From contig NW_003314264.1 in NCBI RefSeq assembly GCF_000143415.4, positions 1,380,733 to 1,444,732 on the forward strand: DNA of 64,000 nt. The letters are read 5' to 3'. Both the position numbers and the translations under genes were made by a program. Shown here in pieces: positions 12,193 through 25,385 of this stretch. The notes below the pieces were generated by a model that searched no databases, had not been told where the DNA came from, and was given only the letters and a program-made list of their open reading frames with translations. This DNA comes from Selaginella moellendorffii. Lineage: Eukaryota; Plantae; Lycopodiophyta. Position 1 is the first letter of the stretch; each line of letters opens with the position of its first letter.

Positions 12193-13436
12193 TCACGGTG
12201 ACATGGATAAAACGCTCGTCAGGGACTTCAAGGCTGCGAGGTAGTTCTCGTCGATAGTATCGTGATCGTATGTAACGTGGGCGAAGTCTACAAGCTTGAC
12301 ACTGACTTTCGATGCTGCTCCATGGTCCTCGTAGATTATCAGCACGGAGCTCGAAAAGAAGTGATAGAACGTCTGCTTCTCAAACCTGTGATGATTCTCA
12401 GCTTCTGAGAGACGTAAAGAAAAAAAGAGATTTTTACCAGCTTGTGAGCTTCTCGAGCTCCATCTTGGCGGCTTCATAAACTTTGGAAGCCAAGAGTGCG
12501 TTTGGATTCTCGTCATCGAATGGATTTGTCGAAACAAAGCGACGGATGGCGTACTCTACGCCGTGGTTGTCGAGCTTCCGGCACCAGTTACGATCGGCCT
12601 TCCATTTAAAGCGAGTTGATGGATCATAGACCTGGCAAAAATGGAGAAATAAAAAGAGAAAAAGGAAGCTTCAACAAAGAAACGTTTGAAAACCTGCATC
12701 CCACTGACGCGAATTCCCAAAGTTCCTGTTGTGGACTCGCGGTCTTTTATCCTGCGCACGAATGCTTCCAGCCATCAAAATCGAAATTTTCAGAGAAGTC
12801 GAAGCTCCAGTCCTAAAACTCACTCGCATTTCTTTCTATAGGCTTCACCAGCCTCCGGGTACCACGTCTGGAATCCCATCTACAATCACAAATCCAAAGT
12901 CTATCACCAAAAAACTAAAAAGGAAGAAAAACACGCACCTTGATATCGATAATGCAAGGCTGGTCGAAGCTCTTGGTCACGTCCTCTAACACGGCATACC
13001 GTACAAGCCAGGTCAAGGAGAAAGAAAGAAAGAAAAGCTACAAAACTAGCAAAGGATATTTGTTGGCGTGGGCGAGTTTGCAGTGTCAACGAGGACGGAG
13101 CCCCGGAACTTTGGGAAGAACTCCTTGATCTCGTCTGGAACTCGCTCGTCCGACCAAAACTGTTGGTAGAACTCAATCTCGCGCTCCCCTCTGGCACCGT
13201 CTTGCAGCGGCTTGTAGAACCAGCCCGAATCATCGACGAGCGAGCCGACATGCCCCTCTGCGAAAGCAAACCAAAATCAGCAAAGCCACAAACAAGGGAT
13301 CTCAAGAAAAAACCTTCAAAAGAATGGCCAGCAACTTGGTTGCTCGAAGGCTTCAATCCCTGTTGCACAAGAGGGCGATCACTTCAATCGCATTGCACTA
13401 CCGAGAGCTTACCGATGCGATCAATCCAGCAGCCAT
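12193..13436 (-). CDS. IPK2: Inositol polyphosphate multikinase (IPK2/IPMK)
   Basis: QVAGH, PCIIDIK, KDRESTTGTLGIRVSGMQV, SSSVLIIYE and VKLVDFAHV motifs across spliced exons; ATG at 13434-13436. Confidence 0.92.
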
Positions 13437-13859
13437 GGTCGCGAAGAAACCTAGTGAAGCAAAGTCAACGAAAAGGGTTTAAAGACAAATGTCAACTATA
13501 GTCAATCAACTCCATACATTAATGCCGACCAGAGTACACGATGTCGAGGCCGAGAGGTGAGAGATACTGGATGGGACTTAATCCCGGCGGCGCTGGCCAA
13601 GAGCGGATTGTGGTGCCTGATCGATGTTACCATGGTCCATCTTGGTGGAAGTTTCCAGTGGAAGAGGATCTTCCTCCCGTGCCTCGTTTTCCCGGTTGCA
13701 AAGAGCCTGGAAGTCTTTGGAGCTCGGGTATCTGACTGGTAACGCAGTGATACCACCACCTCTTCCTGGGAGTAGCCAACGACGAAAAGATCCGGAAGCT
13801 GGTTTCGCGCGCTTGGCGCGTGCGAAGGAGGATGTTGTGATGACGGATCAAACTCCATT

Positions 13860-16800
13860 TCATGGATGATGGTGGCTGCTGCTGCTGCTTCCTTTCCCCC
13901 GGAAGAACCGGCTGAATGCCGACGAGGGGGGCTTCTCCGAGGGCGATCCCATGTCCAAAGACTTGGTGAGATCCAGCTCTTTGCTTGCCGACGCCGCTGC
14001 CGCTGCTGCTTTCAGTATCTTGGACTTGGCCGGGGACGTCGACTTGGAGCGTGGTCTTCCTTCCAGGGGGATGCTAGGCACGAACACCTTGCTTTCACCG
14101 TTTTGTTCGCTACCTTCGGTTGCGAGCTCTGGAGTCGGTTCCGCCGGTTTGGCAGCCAAAGTTTCCGCTTCGTCTGGTTTGAGTTTGGTGTTGTTGGTGC
14201 TTTCTTCCGATGTTGAAGGTTCTTCTGCTGCTGCTGCTGGAGATTGAGAGCTCCTCGACATGCTGAGAGACTGTAGTTGCTCCCCGAGGTTGAGGATAGC
14301 ACGGTGGCACTCGTCCAGTTTCGCCGCGAAATCCACACTCTGCAAAAAGATCGTAATAAGATTTAAAGAGGGAGGGATCACAGTTTTACCTTTTCGGTGC
14401 TCGAGTCTGGAGTAGGCACGACAGGGCTCGAGTTCTTCGTCCTGGAAGAGAAGATTGCGCGTCAGAAAAACAAGGTTTTAATCTGATTTTCTTACCGGGA
14501 GAGTTGCTGCTGAAGAAGATCATCAAGTTCGGCAGCAGCGGCTCGGCTCTTCGACCGTTCCTTCCCAAGCTCCTCCTCTAAAGCTTTTGATCTCTCCTCG
14601 AGTTGACTTGCTGCATGCAATGCTGCTTTCACTTCGTACTGAAGCTCCGCTTTTGCTGAAAAGCTTTCGGCAAGCTGGTCTTCTGCGAGCTGCCTCGATT
14701 TTGCTGACAGAGCTAGCTCCGCCCTGAGCGATGCCACCAATTCTTCAGCTTCAAACACCTGACTCTTCCACGTTACTTGCGACAATGCCAAGTCGTGTTC
14801 CAGTTCCGCCTTGTCAGCCTCCAGAGTCTGGAAGTCCTGAGTGACCTGCTTCAAGCTTTCATTAGCACGTCGCTGGATTTCTTCTTTCTCTGCTTTCAGT
14901 TCTTTCAGTTCTTGCTCCGCTATGGAAAGTCTGCTGCATTCTTCCTTGACACCCTGAACGATCTCGTTTGTTGCGGCCAGAACGTGTTCAAGGTCCATTT
15001 TCTCGTTTTCCAGTCTGCTACATTCTGCTTCCAAACGTTTGAGGTTGTCGGTGGCGGTTTGCAGTTTCTGCTCAACATCCTCGTTTGATCTTTGCAACGC
15101 AAGCACTTCCGTTTCCAGCTTCGAGCAGCTCTCCTTGAACTCCTCTACAATCCTTGTCAAGCCTTCCACCTCAACGCAAAGTCGTTCTTTCTCGGTACTG
15201 ACTTCTCTAAGCTCCTTGTCAGACCGATTGAAGTCACCTTTAACACGCTCAACGTCGTGCATAAAACCATCTTGAATATCTGCGTGCTCGGCTTTCAATC
15301 TCTTGCCCTCCTCCTCTAACGTAGCTATCCTCGTTCTCAGTTGCTGTACGTTCTGTGAAAAGCTCTGCTCCATTTCTTCTTTCTCGATCTTCAGCTGGTA
15401 AAACTCGCTCTGTAAGCTGATAAAACTCGCTTCCTGTGCCTTGAGCTCCTCGTTACTTTGGCAGAGCCTACCTTCCAGCCTAACATTCTGAAGCTCTAAT
15501 CGACCAATATCTTCCTGTAATGTACTCACTCGGCCCCGCTCCATCTTAAGCTGCTCACTGGCCTTCTGCTCCAATAAAGTCCTCTCATCCTTGTGCTTCT
15601 CGAGGCAAAGGTCCATTTCGATACACCGTGCTTCCTTCTCACTGAGAGACCTGTGAAGAGCTTCCTCCCGTAAAAGATACTTGTTGAGAGCTAGCTTGGT
15701 CTCCTCGAGCGACTTTCTACTTTCTTGTTCTTGCTCCATCAAGCGCCTGAGATCTTCCTCCAGTCCGTCAATGGTCTGAAGATGGACGTTCGTTTTGTTT
15801 GAATCCTCATGCCTCTGCTGTGAAGCCTCAGCCAAAGCTTCCTCTAGGTCCTGTTTCTCGTGTTGAAGCTGAACGAAGTCCGCCATCAACTTCTGGATAT
15901 CCTGGTTCACTGCGTCGATGTCTTTTTGAGTTGCTAGCTTGTCCTGTCTGCCGCGTTTCAAATCAGTCTCCAACACTTCAATTCTCATAAGCTGAGACTT
16001 CGCCTGCTCGTCGAGCTTTTCCCTCTGAGCTTCCAGTTCTGCCATGACCCCGTTCATCGTCTGGAGGCTCCTCTCAGCTGTCTCCTTTGCACAAATCTCT
16101 CTGCCAAGGCTCTCTTCGAACTTCTTGCTTAGTTCTTGTACCTGATCACGAGCTTTCACGTCTGCAGCCTTCAGATCATTTTCCAGAACAGATATCCTCG
16201 ACTTAAGCTGTTCGACCAAGACCGTTGATGCCGCCAGCTTTTCTTCCATCTCGCGATTTTGCAAGGTAAGATCGTCCAAAACACTAGCATTCTTGCCAGC
16301 ACTGTCGTGTAGCGAATCCATTAGCACCACCTTCTCAATTTTCAGGGCAGCAAGGTTCTCTTGATGACGAGCCAATTCCTCTCGCAGCAATACTATCTGG
16401 CTGTTTGCCGCTGCTAACGCAGCCTCCATATGCAATTCCGGGCTTCGGTCCCGTTCCAGGCCAGCGAGTACGTCCAAAGTGTTGCAAACTTCGGCGATGA
16501 AACTGAAGAAGTCGGCATTTCCTTGCAATAGAGCGTTGCCAGAAGCAGCCAGCCTTTCAAAACTACCATCGACGTCGGCATTTGTCCATTGCACCTCGAG
16601 AGTTATCTCATCTGTTTTGATCTCGGAGTCAGAAGGTGGCTTCTGCCCGTGCTCAAGCCCACCATCCTGTCCTAAACGCTCTAAACTCCGGAAAATCTTC
16701 CGAGCTAATGGAACCAGTTCCTTCTTTTGCTCGTTTGCTAGCTGATCAACATCTCCATACCTGGATGGTACCCCATCCACCTGTCCCTGTGCATGGCCAT

Positions 16801-18365
16801 TTGCTGCGGTGTTGTTGTGAACCTGACTTTCCAGAGCGGACACTTTCTTTCTTAAAGCGATAATAACTTCGTTGGCGGCATCAAGGTCCTTTTGACTCGG
16901 GCTCCCGCTTTCCTTCCTCTCCAGTGCCTGACCATTTTCGTGTGGCACATTTGACGTGAGCTTCTCCATCTCCAGAAAGTCATCCATGAGTTCGAAGCTT
17001 GTGGTGTCGAGCAGCTTGTCAGGTTTCTTATCTTCTTTCTTAAACTGCGCCAGCTCGGTGATCAGTGCTGAGGCCCAGGCGTCCGCTTCGTCTCCATTGC
17101 AACTTCCATGGGATGCCTGCTGGTTGTCTCCAAAACTTCTCAAAGCCTCTATGTGCCCGTTCAGACCCATCTTGGAGACGTCTTGTTCCCCATAGATACT
17201 TGCGAGTTGCTCTTCCACGTTGAGCAGCTTGCCTGCAGTCCGCGCACACATTATTCTTGCCGCCTGGAGCTCTTTGTTCCGCTTGGCAAGTTCATCCTTC
17301 AGTGATTTGGTTTCTTCTTCCAACGCAAACCTGTCGTCCATATCCTTGTTGCTCATTTCAGAGCAGTCGTCCACCGTTTCAGAGAAAGCTCGTGGTGAGC
17401 TCACCAGCCTTCCAAGTGACTTTCTCCGATCCAGCACGTCCACCTCACGTAGGTGCGGGGACGAACCAGCAGTCTTCTTGCGCAGCTGAATCTTTAGTCT
17501 CTGGCAGTCAGCTTCAAGCTTTGAAACCTTTCGCGACGAATCCAAGAGTTGCTGTTTCGCCGCCTCAGACGCCTTCTTGGATTCATTGTTGAGGCCAACG
17601 AGGTCCTTCTTCAGCGCACGTACGTCATGTTTGAGCGCGGCATTTTCCTTCTCGAGACTCTCCACCTTAGTTGACACCTTCTTCACGTCCAAATCCGCCT
17701 GAACCTTCGCATCGGCTAGACGCTGCTCCAGGGATGCATTCTCGGCTGTTGCTTGGAGCACCTGCTCTTCCGCTTCCGTCAGCCTCGCGTCAAGATCCGT
17801 GCGAACCCGATCCCACTCTTTAGTCTTCTCCTCCAACTCTTCTTGCTTCTGCTCCTGCTCTTCTCGTCCAGTCCGCAGCTGCTTTACACACTCCTTGAGA
17901 GCACCATCCAAGTGAGCAACGCGCTCATCTAGAGCTAGCCTTTGTTGCTGTGCGTTTTCTAGCTGCTGCTTCAACATGGCGGCCTCGGCTTCTGCCTTCT
18001 CCCATCCTGAAGAACAAAAGAGTATCGCAAACTTTCATATCAGCTTCAATGAAGGATTGGAGCATACCTGATATCGCATCCTCGGCAACTTTGGCATGCT
18101 GCTTCACTAAGTTGTCCTTGTTTATAATCTCTTTGAGCGCAACTGTGAGCTTGCTGGTTAGGAGCTGGACGCTTTCATCGCCTTGGTCCTTCTCCATAGC
18201 CGGTGTGTTCTTTCCTAGATCTCCAGTAGCATCACCATTTGGCTCTTTGGCAATGTGGTCGCCATTTTGCGACATGATCAGCTCCTAGAGGAGAAGATCG
18301 CTCAGCCTGTGACAAAGACCAAATAACCCGGAACTACTTACTGGGATATCTACTGCCTCGCTCAT
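13860..18365 (-). CDS. Filament-like plant protein (FPP, DUF869) long coiled-coil protein
   Basis: KDNLVKQHAKVAEDAISGWEKAEAE, LDERVAHLDGALKECVKQLR, WASALITELAQFK, LMDDFLEMEKL, KLDECHRAILNLGEQLQSL; one ~3.5-kb coiled-coil exon. Confidence 0.9.
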
Positions 18366-20164
18366 GGTGTGATCCAGACCTAGCTCTCGATCTGCAAGGA
18401 AAAGTGCGTGATCAGGTGATAGAAAACGGAATCCTCGCAGCTCTCAAGAAATTCTTGGCAGGCGCTTTCGCATGGAACGAGCATTAAACCCGCATTGCCA
18501 GGCTACGCACATTGTCCTCTTGCGATGAGGAACAAGGGAAAGGAGAAGAAATCCAGCATTTACCTTTCCTCGCTTCTGCCTTACTGCGTCGAGCCGCCGC
18601 CCTGGGCCGCCACAGACTCCTCCCAGCAGCACAAATCTTCGCTAGGCATCAGAAATTCGCTGAAAGCTTCGGCGCACGCTCGGACATCGACCGATCCGGC
18701 CGCGGCGGCGCATTGATCCGCGCTGGAGACCAGTGACGCCGCGCTAGGAAGGGATGCGAGAAACCCTGATTCTTTCCTCCCTTTCGCACAGAAAGCCAAG
18801 AGCACAGGAGAAATGATGAACGAAATACTTAGAGAGTGGGAAAGGTAGAAAATCTCCCACTTTCACCTTAATTCCCCCCCATTTTTTCACTCGCTTTTAC
18901 TTTCGGCGCCCATGCGAATCGAACTTTCATGCGCTCTGCCAGTCCGCTGGATCGCGACACGTGGTGGATCGTAGCGCCGGCATCTATCAACGTGGAGGTC
19001 GTTCTCACGCTGTCAAAGGTAGGTCAAAATGGTATAAAATAATTTATCTTGCCTAGTGATCCTTTTCAGGAGGCTATAGAATTAATTAGTCGAGACCGCT
19101 AATTAATTTGCATAGCCAGTGGAATATGAACATCGTTGCTTTTCATGTTTGTTCCAACATCAAAATCACATCGCAAATTTTTTTCGCAGCGTTGCTTTCT
19201 CAACAACTGGCACCTAAATCGCAAAGAGAGAGCGAGAAAAATAAAATAAAATTCATGAGACAATCATAATGTATAAAAACTTGAGAGAGACAACTTACTT
19301 GTCCATCGTACCGTGAATCCGTTGTTGTGTAAGAGCTAAGGAAAAACCATTGAAAACTTCGCGCTCTGTGGATGAAATCAATAGAGTAGCAGCACTTTCT
19401 TGCTGGCAATCAATTGCCGCTGCCTTCCAAGCTAAGAATCCCTGCATCCCAAAAATCATTTGAAAGCAGCAAACGGGAAGCCACTTAACTTCGATGGGAA
19501 TGGAAAGGTCTCCTAGATTCCGGCATTTCTCGCAAAGCCATTATCTATCCCCCTGTTCTTGCGATGCACGGAAGCCAGCCAGCCTCTTCCCTGGGGCCTG
19601 AGGATGGTGCTCACTGCCAAGCCCCTGCAAAAAAGGAAAAAGAGGAAGCTGTCCTGTGAGAAAGAGTTTGGTGGTACTGTCTATGAAAAATGCAAAAAAG
19701 AAATATGTACTAGTGCTCCTACCCACAATGCAAGTGGCAAGGAACCAGAAAAGAGAGGAGGATGAATAAACATAATCCTTGGACTGAGTTTTACGACTGT
19801 CATCAATGTGGGAGCCAACAAACTCATGCACATGGCAATATGGCTAACGTTTGATGATTCCATTCCACTCTCAGTGAATGCAAGCCCAGCAGCAGCGACT
19901 CACATGCACTAGCTAGACGAAAAGAGAAAGAAAAACAGAAAAGAAAACGAGAAAAAGCGCGGAAAGAGATTTTCTTACCTGAAAAATCACTGGGACGAAC
20001 GGAAGATCCATGACCAGTTGTTACTTGAAAACAGGAAGGCAAACGGATGCGTGCAAAACAAAAAAGAAAGAAAACATACACACACAAGGATCATTTTCAA
20101 CTTTGCAGAGTGGCATACCTTCTTTTCCAATTCTTCTTCTCCTTCGTCACATGTAGGTGGCCGG

Positions 20165-21647
20165 CTAATGTCTGCTTTTAGCCTCTGTCAAAGCAGAAGG
20201 TTACCTCCGCATCGCAAGCCTGACAGTGACGCCAAATGTTTAGATGAGTGCGGTGCAGCACTAAAGGTTGGAGTCATACCAGTGACGTGTGCTTTAGAAG
20301 TGTAACAGTGCAGGAATTGTTGTCGTGATCCTTGGCGAGCATCAGACGTACGTGAGGGACCGACTTCCAGCTCTCGCCGAGCGCTGGCTTCAGCTCCTCG
20401 TCCTCCGCGGCAACAGTGTTGTTTGTGATCTTGCAATAAAAAAGCACGTAAGAGATAGAGTCGACTTGGGAGCAAAGCTGCTCACCAGGACACAGATGTT
20501 GCGGTTGATTGCAATGGTTTTCAGGATCTGACCAACGGACATCATTAAAGTGTGTCCTGCATTGCAACAGAAGAAAATAAAAGGAAAGATAAGATTTTGT
20601 TTCGCATCGTCAAGCTTAAAGCAGTTGTTCACGCCTTGAGCGTTGTTGCCACCAAGAATTGGAGAAAGAACAGATGCCAGACAGTCAACAATAACTAGCC
20701 GTAAATGCACCGGACCCGGGAATGAACTGTAAAATGATATGCAATCGGAGAACGCAAATGAGAAACATAGGCACAAACCTTGCGGGATCGTATAGACTAT
20801 GAAGCACTTCCAATAGACCGTGGACATCGTAAACTTTAAAGCAGAAGATCCTTCGCATCGCCTCTTTCACATCGTCCTGCAAAAAATCGCTGACATGAAT
20901 AACTATGTTCGGACCTTACCTCGATAGCTATCGAGCTACATCTTCTGCCACACATCATTTGCAAAACACGCTCGGCTGAGAAAGAACTCGAGGCATCGAC
21001 ATACGCCACAGAAAACTTGTGGTGGTAAGCCACGCATGCGGCAGAGCGCATACACAGCTGAGAACAAAGAAGTGAAACACTCGGTTAGATCAAAGCTAGT
21101 AGAAGACTCTTCGTTACTTGAGTTTTTCCGGAAGAGGAAGGCCCCACAAGTTCCGTGATTGTTCCATCCTTCAAACCTCCTTTCAGCAGAGAATCCAAGC
21201 TACACAGCAACAAGTGAATTGTCAGAAACCACACCCTGGACTTCGAGAGCTTTGAGAGACAAACCTTTCAAACCCTGTAGAAAGGGAGCCGGCTTGCAGA
21301 TTTTTCTGGAGCATTTCATCTCCATTTTCCCATTTTCCATGACATTCTTCCAGAAACGTGGCCAATTCGGACTTAAACTGCTGACATAAACAGCACATCT
21401 TAGCCAAAATCAGGCAAATCAACAAACAAAAACCTTCTGAATTTCTGGATCTTCCACGCCAGAATCTAGTTCCTGTGAAACAAAATCCTCCACTACGAGA
21501 AAGAAAACTTCACAAATTCACGACGGAAAAGAGAGGAAAAAATGTACCCAGCGCTAAGATCATACCTGTGACGATCTTGTTGCGCTCCAGAAACTCCAAA
21601 ACACGAGGCGTGAGAGACGCAAAGCCGAGCGTCCGCAACGGCGCCAT
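20165..21647 (-). CDS. RAD51D: DNA repair protein RAD51 homolog 4 (RAD51D)
   Basis: [27 protein letters not shown] (Walker A), [48 protein letters not shown]; 3' end approximate. Confidence 0.88.
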
Positions 21648-21798
21648 AGCTTAAACCCTAGCTCCCCGAACAAACCCTAAAAACAAAAATTCGCATTTCC
21701 CGCTCGGATCCAACGGTCACTTTTTGCACGAAATCAGACGCTTATCTCCGCGCCACGTGTTACTAACCCTGGGTTTTGAGAAGGTCGGTGTTTTCTCG
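21648..21798. promoter_or_regulatory. Bidirectional promoter of RAD51D/NDC1 with telo-boxes, E2F site, MSA element and G-box
   Basis: AAACCCTA at 21653 and 21672; TTTCCCGC 21696-21703; TCCAACGGTC 21709-21718; CACGTG ~21754. Confidence 0.6.
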
Positions 21799-23618
21799 AT
21801 GACGACCATGGATTCATCGTCTCTCACCTGGGAGCTCACAGGGAAGCGATGGATGCGTGTAGGGTTCTTCACGGCGGCTGTCACATTTGCGGTGTGGATT
21901 CTCTGGGAGATCGCTCTGCCGCAAGCGTCCTGGGGTTCCTTGATCGCCGCCGCCTTCAGGTTCTTGCTCTTTCAGCTAGCGCAGCTCGTCTTCTTGCTAG
22001 GGCAGCGATTGGTAGTCCAGCCGGAGGACCCTAACTCGTCCTCCATCGCCGACACGCTGCTGGGAATGGTATTGCTGGGCAAGGCGGTATTGGGCTGGCC
22101 GCTAGACCCAGATTACACGTATCTCGTCGTCCAGAGGATCCGGGTTTTGAGAAACAGTTTTGTTCTCGCTATCGCAACCATGGTCTCTGGATTCCTGTCG
22201 CTATGCGCACTCACGCTCTCAGTGAAATCGAAGAGCTCGTTCTTCATCGACATGGGTGTTCGTGGTGCCGCGCTGGGGCTGTGCTACATTTGTCTCTACA
22301 CTTGGGGGAAGGGCCATTTGCTCAAGTTTCCGATCATCCAGGTACGAGGGAAAAACACTTGTTTTTGATACTTCTTTCGCTCACAAACTCTTTTTCGTGT
22401 TGTTTTTGTGTTCTCAGAGACAAGTTTACTTCAGTATGAAACTGGGGATGACTTTGGCATTGCGCTCGGCACTTAGAATGGCAGTGCTCTCCATCCCAGT
22501 CGCGGAGGTCCTCGTAAGATCCTTGCACCGATGTCTTGCTGGTAACTGGGGGCCCTTCTCTTTGTGGCACCAAGTCATCTATGTTGTCGGAGCGTTCTTT
22601 GTCGCTCTGATCTGGAACTTGTGCTGCCACTTTATCCAGGTATGCATGACGCGAGTCTTTTTGTGATCCGTTTTGTTGATATGTGTGTTTGTGATTCTTC
22701 AGGTGATTCACACGAGACGGTTCGTGTTTGCGCCACCCCCGGGATCAGCTGCAGCCGAGACTAATCCGACAGAGCCGCTTCTTTCGGTTTTGGAAGACGA
22801 CGAGGACTTGATCAGGCAGTACCTTGGATTCCTGGACCTGTTCATCCTATCAGGAGTCTCCGAGATAAATGTTGAGGCCTGGCGGCGAGCGGCATTCTTC
22901 GAAGAAAGCGGTGAAGCTTACAAGAAGGTCATCACGCTCTGTCTGCGACCACTTGACAGGCTTACAGTGAGGCTCCTGAAGGGTCTGGAAAGTGCGCAAG
23001 TAGGTGGTACCAAAGATCACATACCGGGAGCTGAACAAGGTGTGCATGCCAAGGAAAACTTTCAAGAATTGCAAGTAAGTAGCATGTTTTTTCAGACTGA
23101 ATAGTACTCATCAGCTCCATGCTTGGCAGCTTTGCTCGTGGTGTGCGGGCATTGTGTCTTCGCTGACGGCATTCTCACGCACCGAAGACCGATATGGCGT
23201 TGCGCAGCTTACTGGCTCCAATGCGGCGGTACTGGCATCGCTCATATCCTGTCTGCTTATCCTGGACGTCTACCTGGGACGTCGTAGTGGTTTTGGAGCT
23301 TTGAGCCTCGTCAGCCCGAACGGGATCCGGTGGGCCGTGCCGTTCCGAGGAGCTCTGCTGGACGCGGATAGGAAGCAAAGCGCTCTTTTCAAGAAGAAGT
23401 CTCTCCAGCACAGGAAAGCACACGTAATGGCGGATGTTCTTCGGACAGCAATCTACAGGATCGTGGCAGTTTTCAGGGACGAGATGGTAGTGACTGGCTC
23501 TGGCTCCGTCTCGTATGCTCTCGCGGAACGAGACTGGCTGAGTAGGAACAAGCCTCTCTTTGGGACACCCGAGATGCACCTCCAGAAGCTGGGACAGTTT
23601 ATAGAGTTCCAGGAGTAG
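21799..23618 (+). CDS. NDC1: Transmembrane nucleoporin NDC1 homolog
   Basis: N-terminal TM helices; [63 protein letters not shown] as recalled for plant NDC1; 4 exons. Confidence 0.85.
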
Positions 23619-23747
23619 GATGGAAGAAGACACAGTTTTGACGGGATTTAGTAATGGTGCGGTTTAGATGTATCAACAGGGTTGTGAGGAGAGCTTCCTC
23701 GACTTGTTAGAAGGTTTGTCTTTCTTATTTCTTTCTACACTTGTGTT

Positions 23748-24478
23748 TTATGCGCTGATCGGAGCTCTTGGTGGTGCAGCTGAGTCGGGATCACTCGTTT
23801 GATAGCTATAAGGTGGCGCTTCGCTTTGGAGCTGCATCACCGACGTCATGACTTGCGCGAGCTCCGCCTGCGTGTGGTTGAGCTCCAGCATATGGGACAG
23901 GACAGAGTTGAAGGACTGGAGCGTCTCCTGGACGCTCTGGAGCGTGCTGAGGTTGTCCTTGCTGCCGGACTGGGACTGGATCGCCTCGAGACCCTCCACC
24001 AGGGACAGTGCCTCGATCACTTGGAGCTGAGTCTGATTGAGATCGGGGAAGGACAGGGATTCTCGGATGCTCTGGAGCTGCTGCTGGGTCTCCTGGATGG
24101 CTTCACGCAGGTCAATGAGCATATCTCTAGTGAGGACGCCAGTGTTGTCACCACTCCCCGAAGGTTGATCACCACTGCTGCCACTTCCGCCGCCGCCGTT
24201 GTCACCACCACCACCACTACCGCCACCTCCTCCACCTCCTCCTCCGCCAGGTCCGCCACCAGCGCCAGGACCATTTGGACCTCTCGGGTCCGTCACATTG
24301 GAAGAAGAAGATCCACGAGAGCCACCTGGAAACAAAAGCAAGCACCAGATCGAGTTGGAAAGGTAAAGATCGAGCTCTCACTTTCGGTGGTATTTTCGCC
24401 AAGACAACTTCTCCAGTGGATGGAATGGAGCAGCAGTAACACCAGCAGCAGTAGCTGGAAATTCGAAGCCGGGATCAT
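23748..24478 (-). CDS. Secreted Gly/Pro-rich helical protein, family member 1 (unknown function)
   Basis: Signal peptide MIPASNFQLLLLVLLLLHSIHW; 56-nt phase-1 intron 24326-24381; DPRGPNGPG plus poly-Gly tract; Leu/Gln/Ser helical domain. Confidence 0.8.
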
Positions 24479-24707
24479 CCTGGGAAATTGGCAGTAGCAG
24501 GCATGAGACTAGAAGTGGGCGAAAGTTTCATCCATATATAAGACTGATCGAGGAAGCGTGTCTTTCTCGATCCAAATTTTGTGGAACATGTCCTTTGGGT
24601 TGTCTTGCCAGTACTGAGTGCCTTTCTCGTGAAAGCACACACTTCTTTCTAAAGTCAAACTCGTCAAACTATAGTCAACTTAAGTCAAATCGTATAAGAA
24701 ATCTACT

Positions 24708-25385
24708 CTAGATTCCTAGGGGCGGCGCCGCTCTTGGCGAGGAGGCTCGATCCGGGTCGCGGGCCTGGAAGCTAGCGGGCGGTGTATCGCTCTGGAGCTC
24801 GATGATCGAGGCCATGACCTGGGCGAGATCTTCCTGCGTCTGGTTGAGCCCCAGCATCAGGGAGAGGACATTGTTGAAGTACTCGAGAGTCTCCTGGATG
24901 GCCTTGAGCGTGCTCAAGCTGTTCTTGCTGCTTGCCTGGAGATCCTCAAGCCCCTCCACCAGCGACAGCGCCTCCACGACCTGGAGCTGGGTGGCATTCA
25001 AGGTCGGGAAGGAGAGCGACTGCCGGATGCTCTGGAGCTGCTCCTGGGCCTCCCCGATCGCGTCGCGGAGATCGATGAGCATGTCCATGTTGAGGATCCC
25101 GTTCTCGTCACCTGATGGTTGATCACCACCACCACCACCGGCACCCCCACCTCCCGGTTGACCGCCGCCGCCGCCAGGACCATTCGGACCTCCCGGGCCT
25201 CTTGGATCAGTCATGTTGGAGGAACCACCTACGAAGAACCCAAGAAATAGATGTGACCAAGGAAATGTATGGTGGTTTTTACCATTCTGGGTGGTGGAGT
25301 TTGTGCTGCTACTAGCGTTTCCCGAGTGGATCCAGTGGGCGAGCAGCAGTAGCAGGAGACTGGACGTCCAAATCTTGAGAATCAT
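24708..25385 (-). CDS. Secreted Gly/Pro-rich helical protein, family member 2 (tandem paralog of member 1)
   Basis: Signal peptide MILKIWTSSLLLLLLAHW; in-frame 54-nt phase-1 intron ~25229-25282; DPRGPGGPNGPGGGG; DMLIDLRDAI...EALSLVEGLE almost identical to member 1. Confidence 0.8.
   Translation of the reverse strand: MILKIWTSSLLLLLLAHWIHSGNASSSTNSTTQNGKNHHTFPWSHLFLGFFVGGSSNMTDPRGPGGPNGPGGGGGQPGGGGAGGGGGDQPSGDENGILNMDMLIDLRDAIGEAQEQLQSIRQSLSFPTLNATQLQVVEALSLVEGLEDLQASSKNSLSTLKAIQETLEYFNNVLSLMLGLNQTQEDLAQVMASIIELQSDTPPASFQARDPDRASSPRAAPPLGI

Noticed and set aside
13502-13858. Short ORFs between IPK2 and FPP
   Set aside because: No motif or splice support; likely FPP 3' UTR and IPK2 promoter.
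23799-24497. 232-aa + strand ORF opposite family member 1
   Set aside because: Antisense of a low-complexity GC-rich CDS; signal peptide, intron and paralogy support the minus strand.
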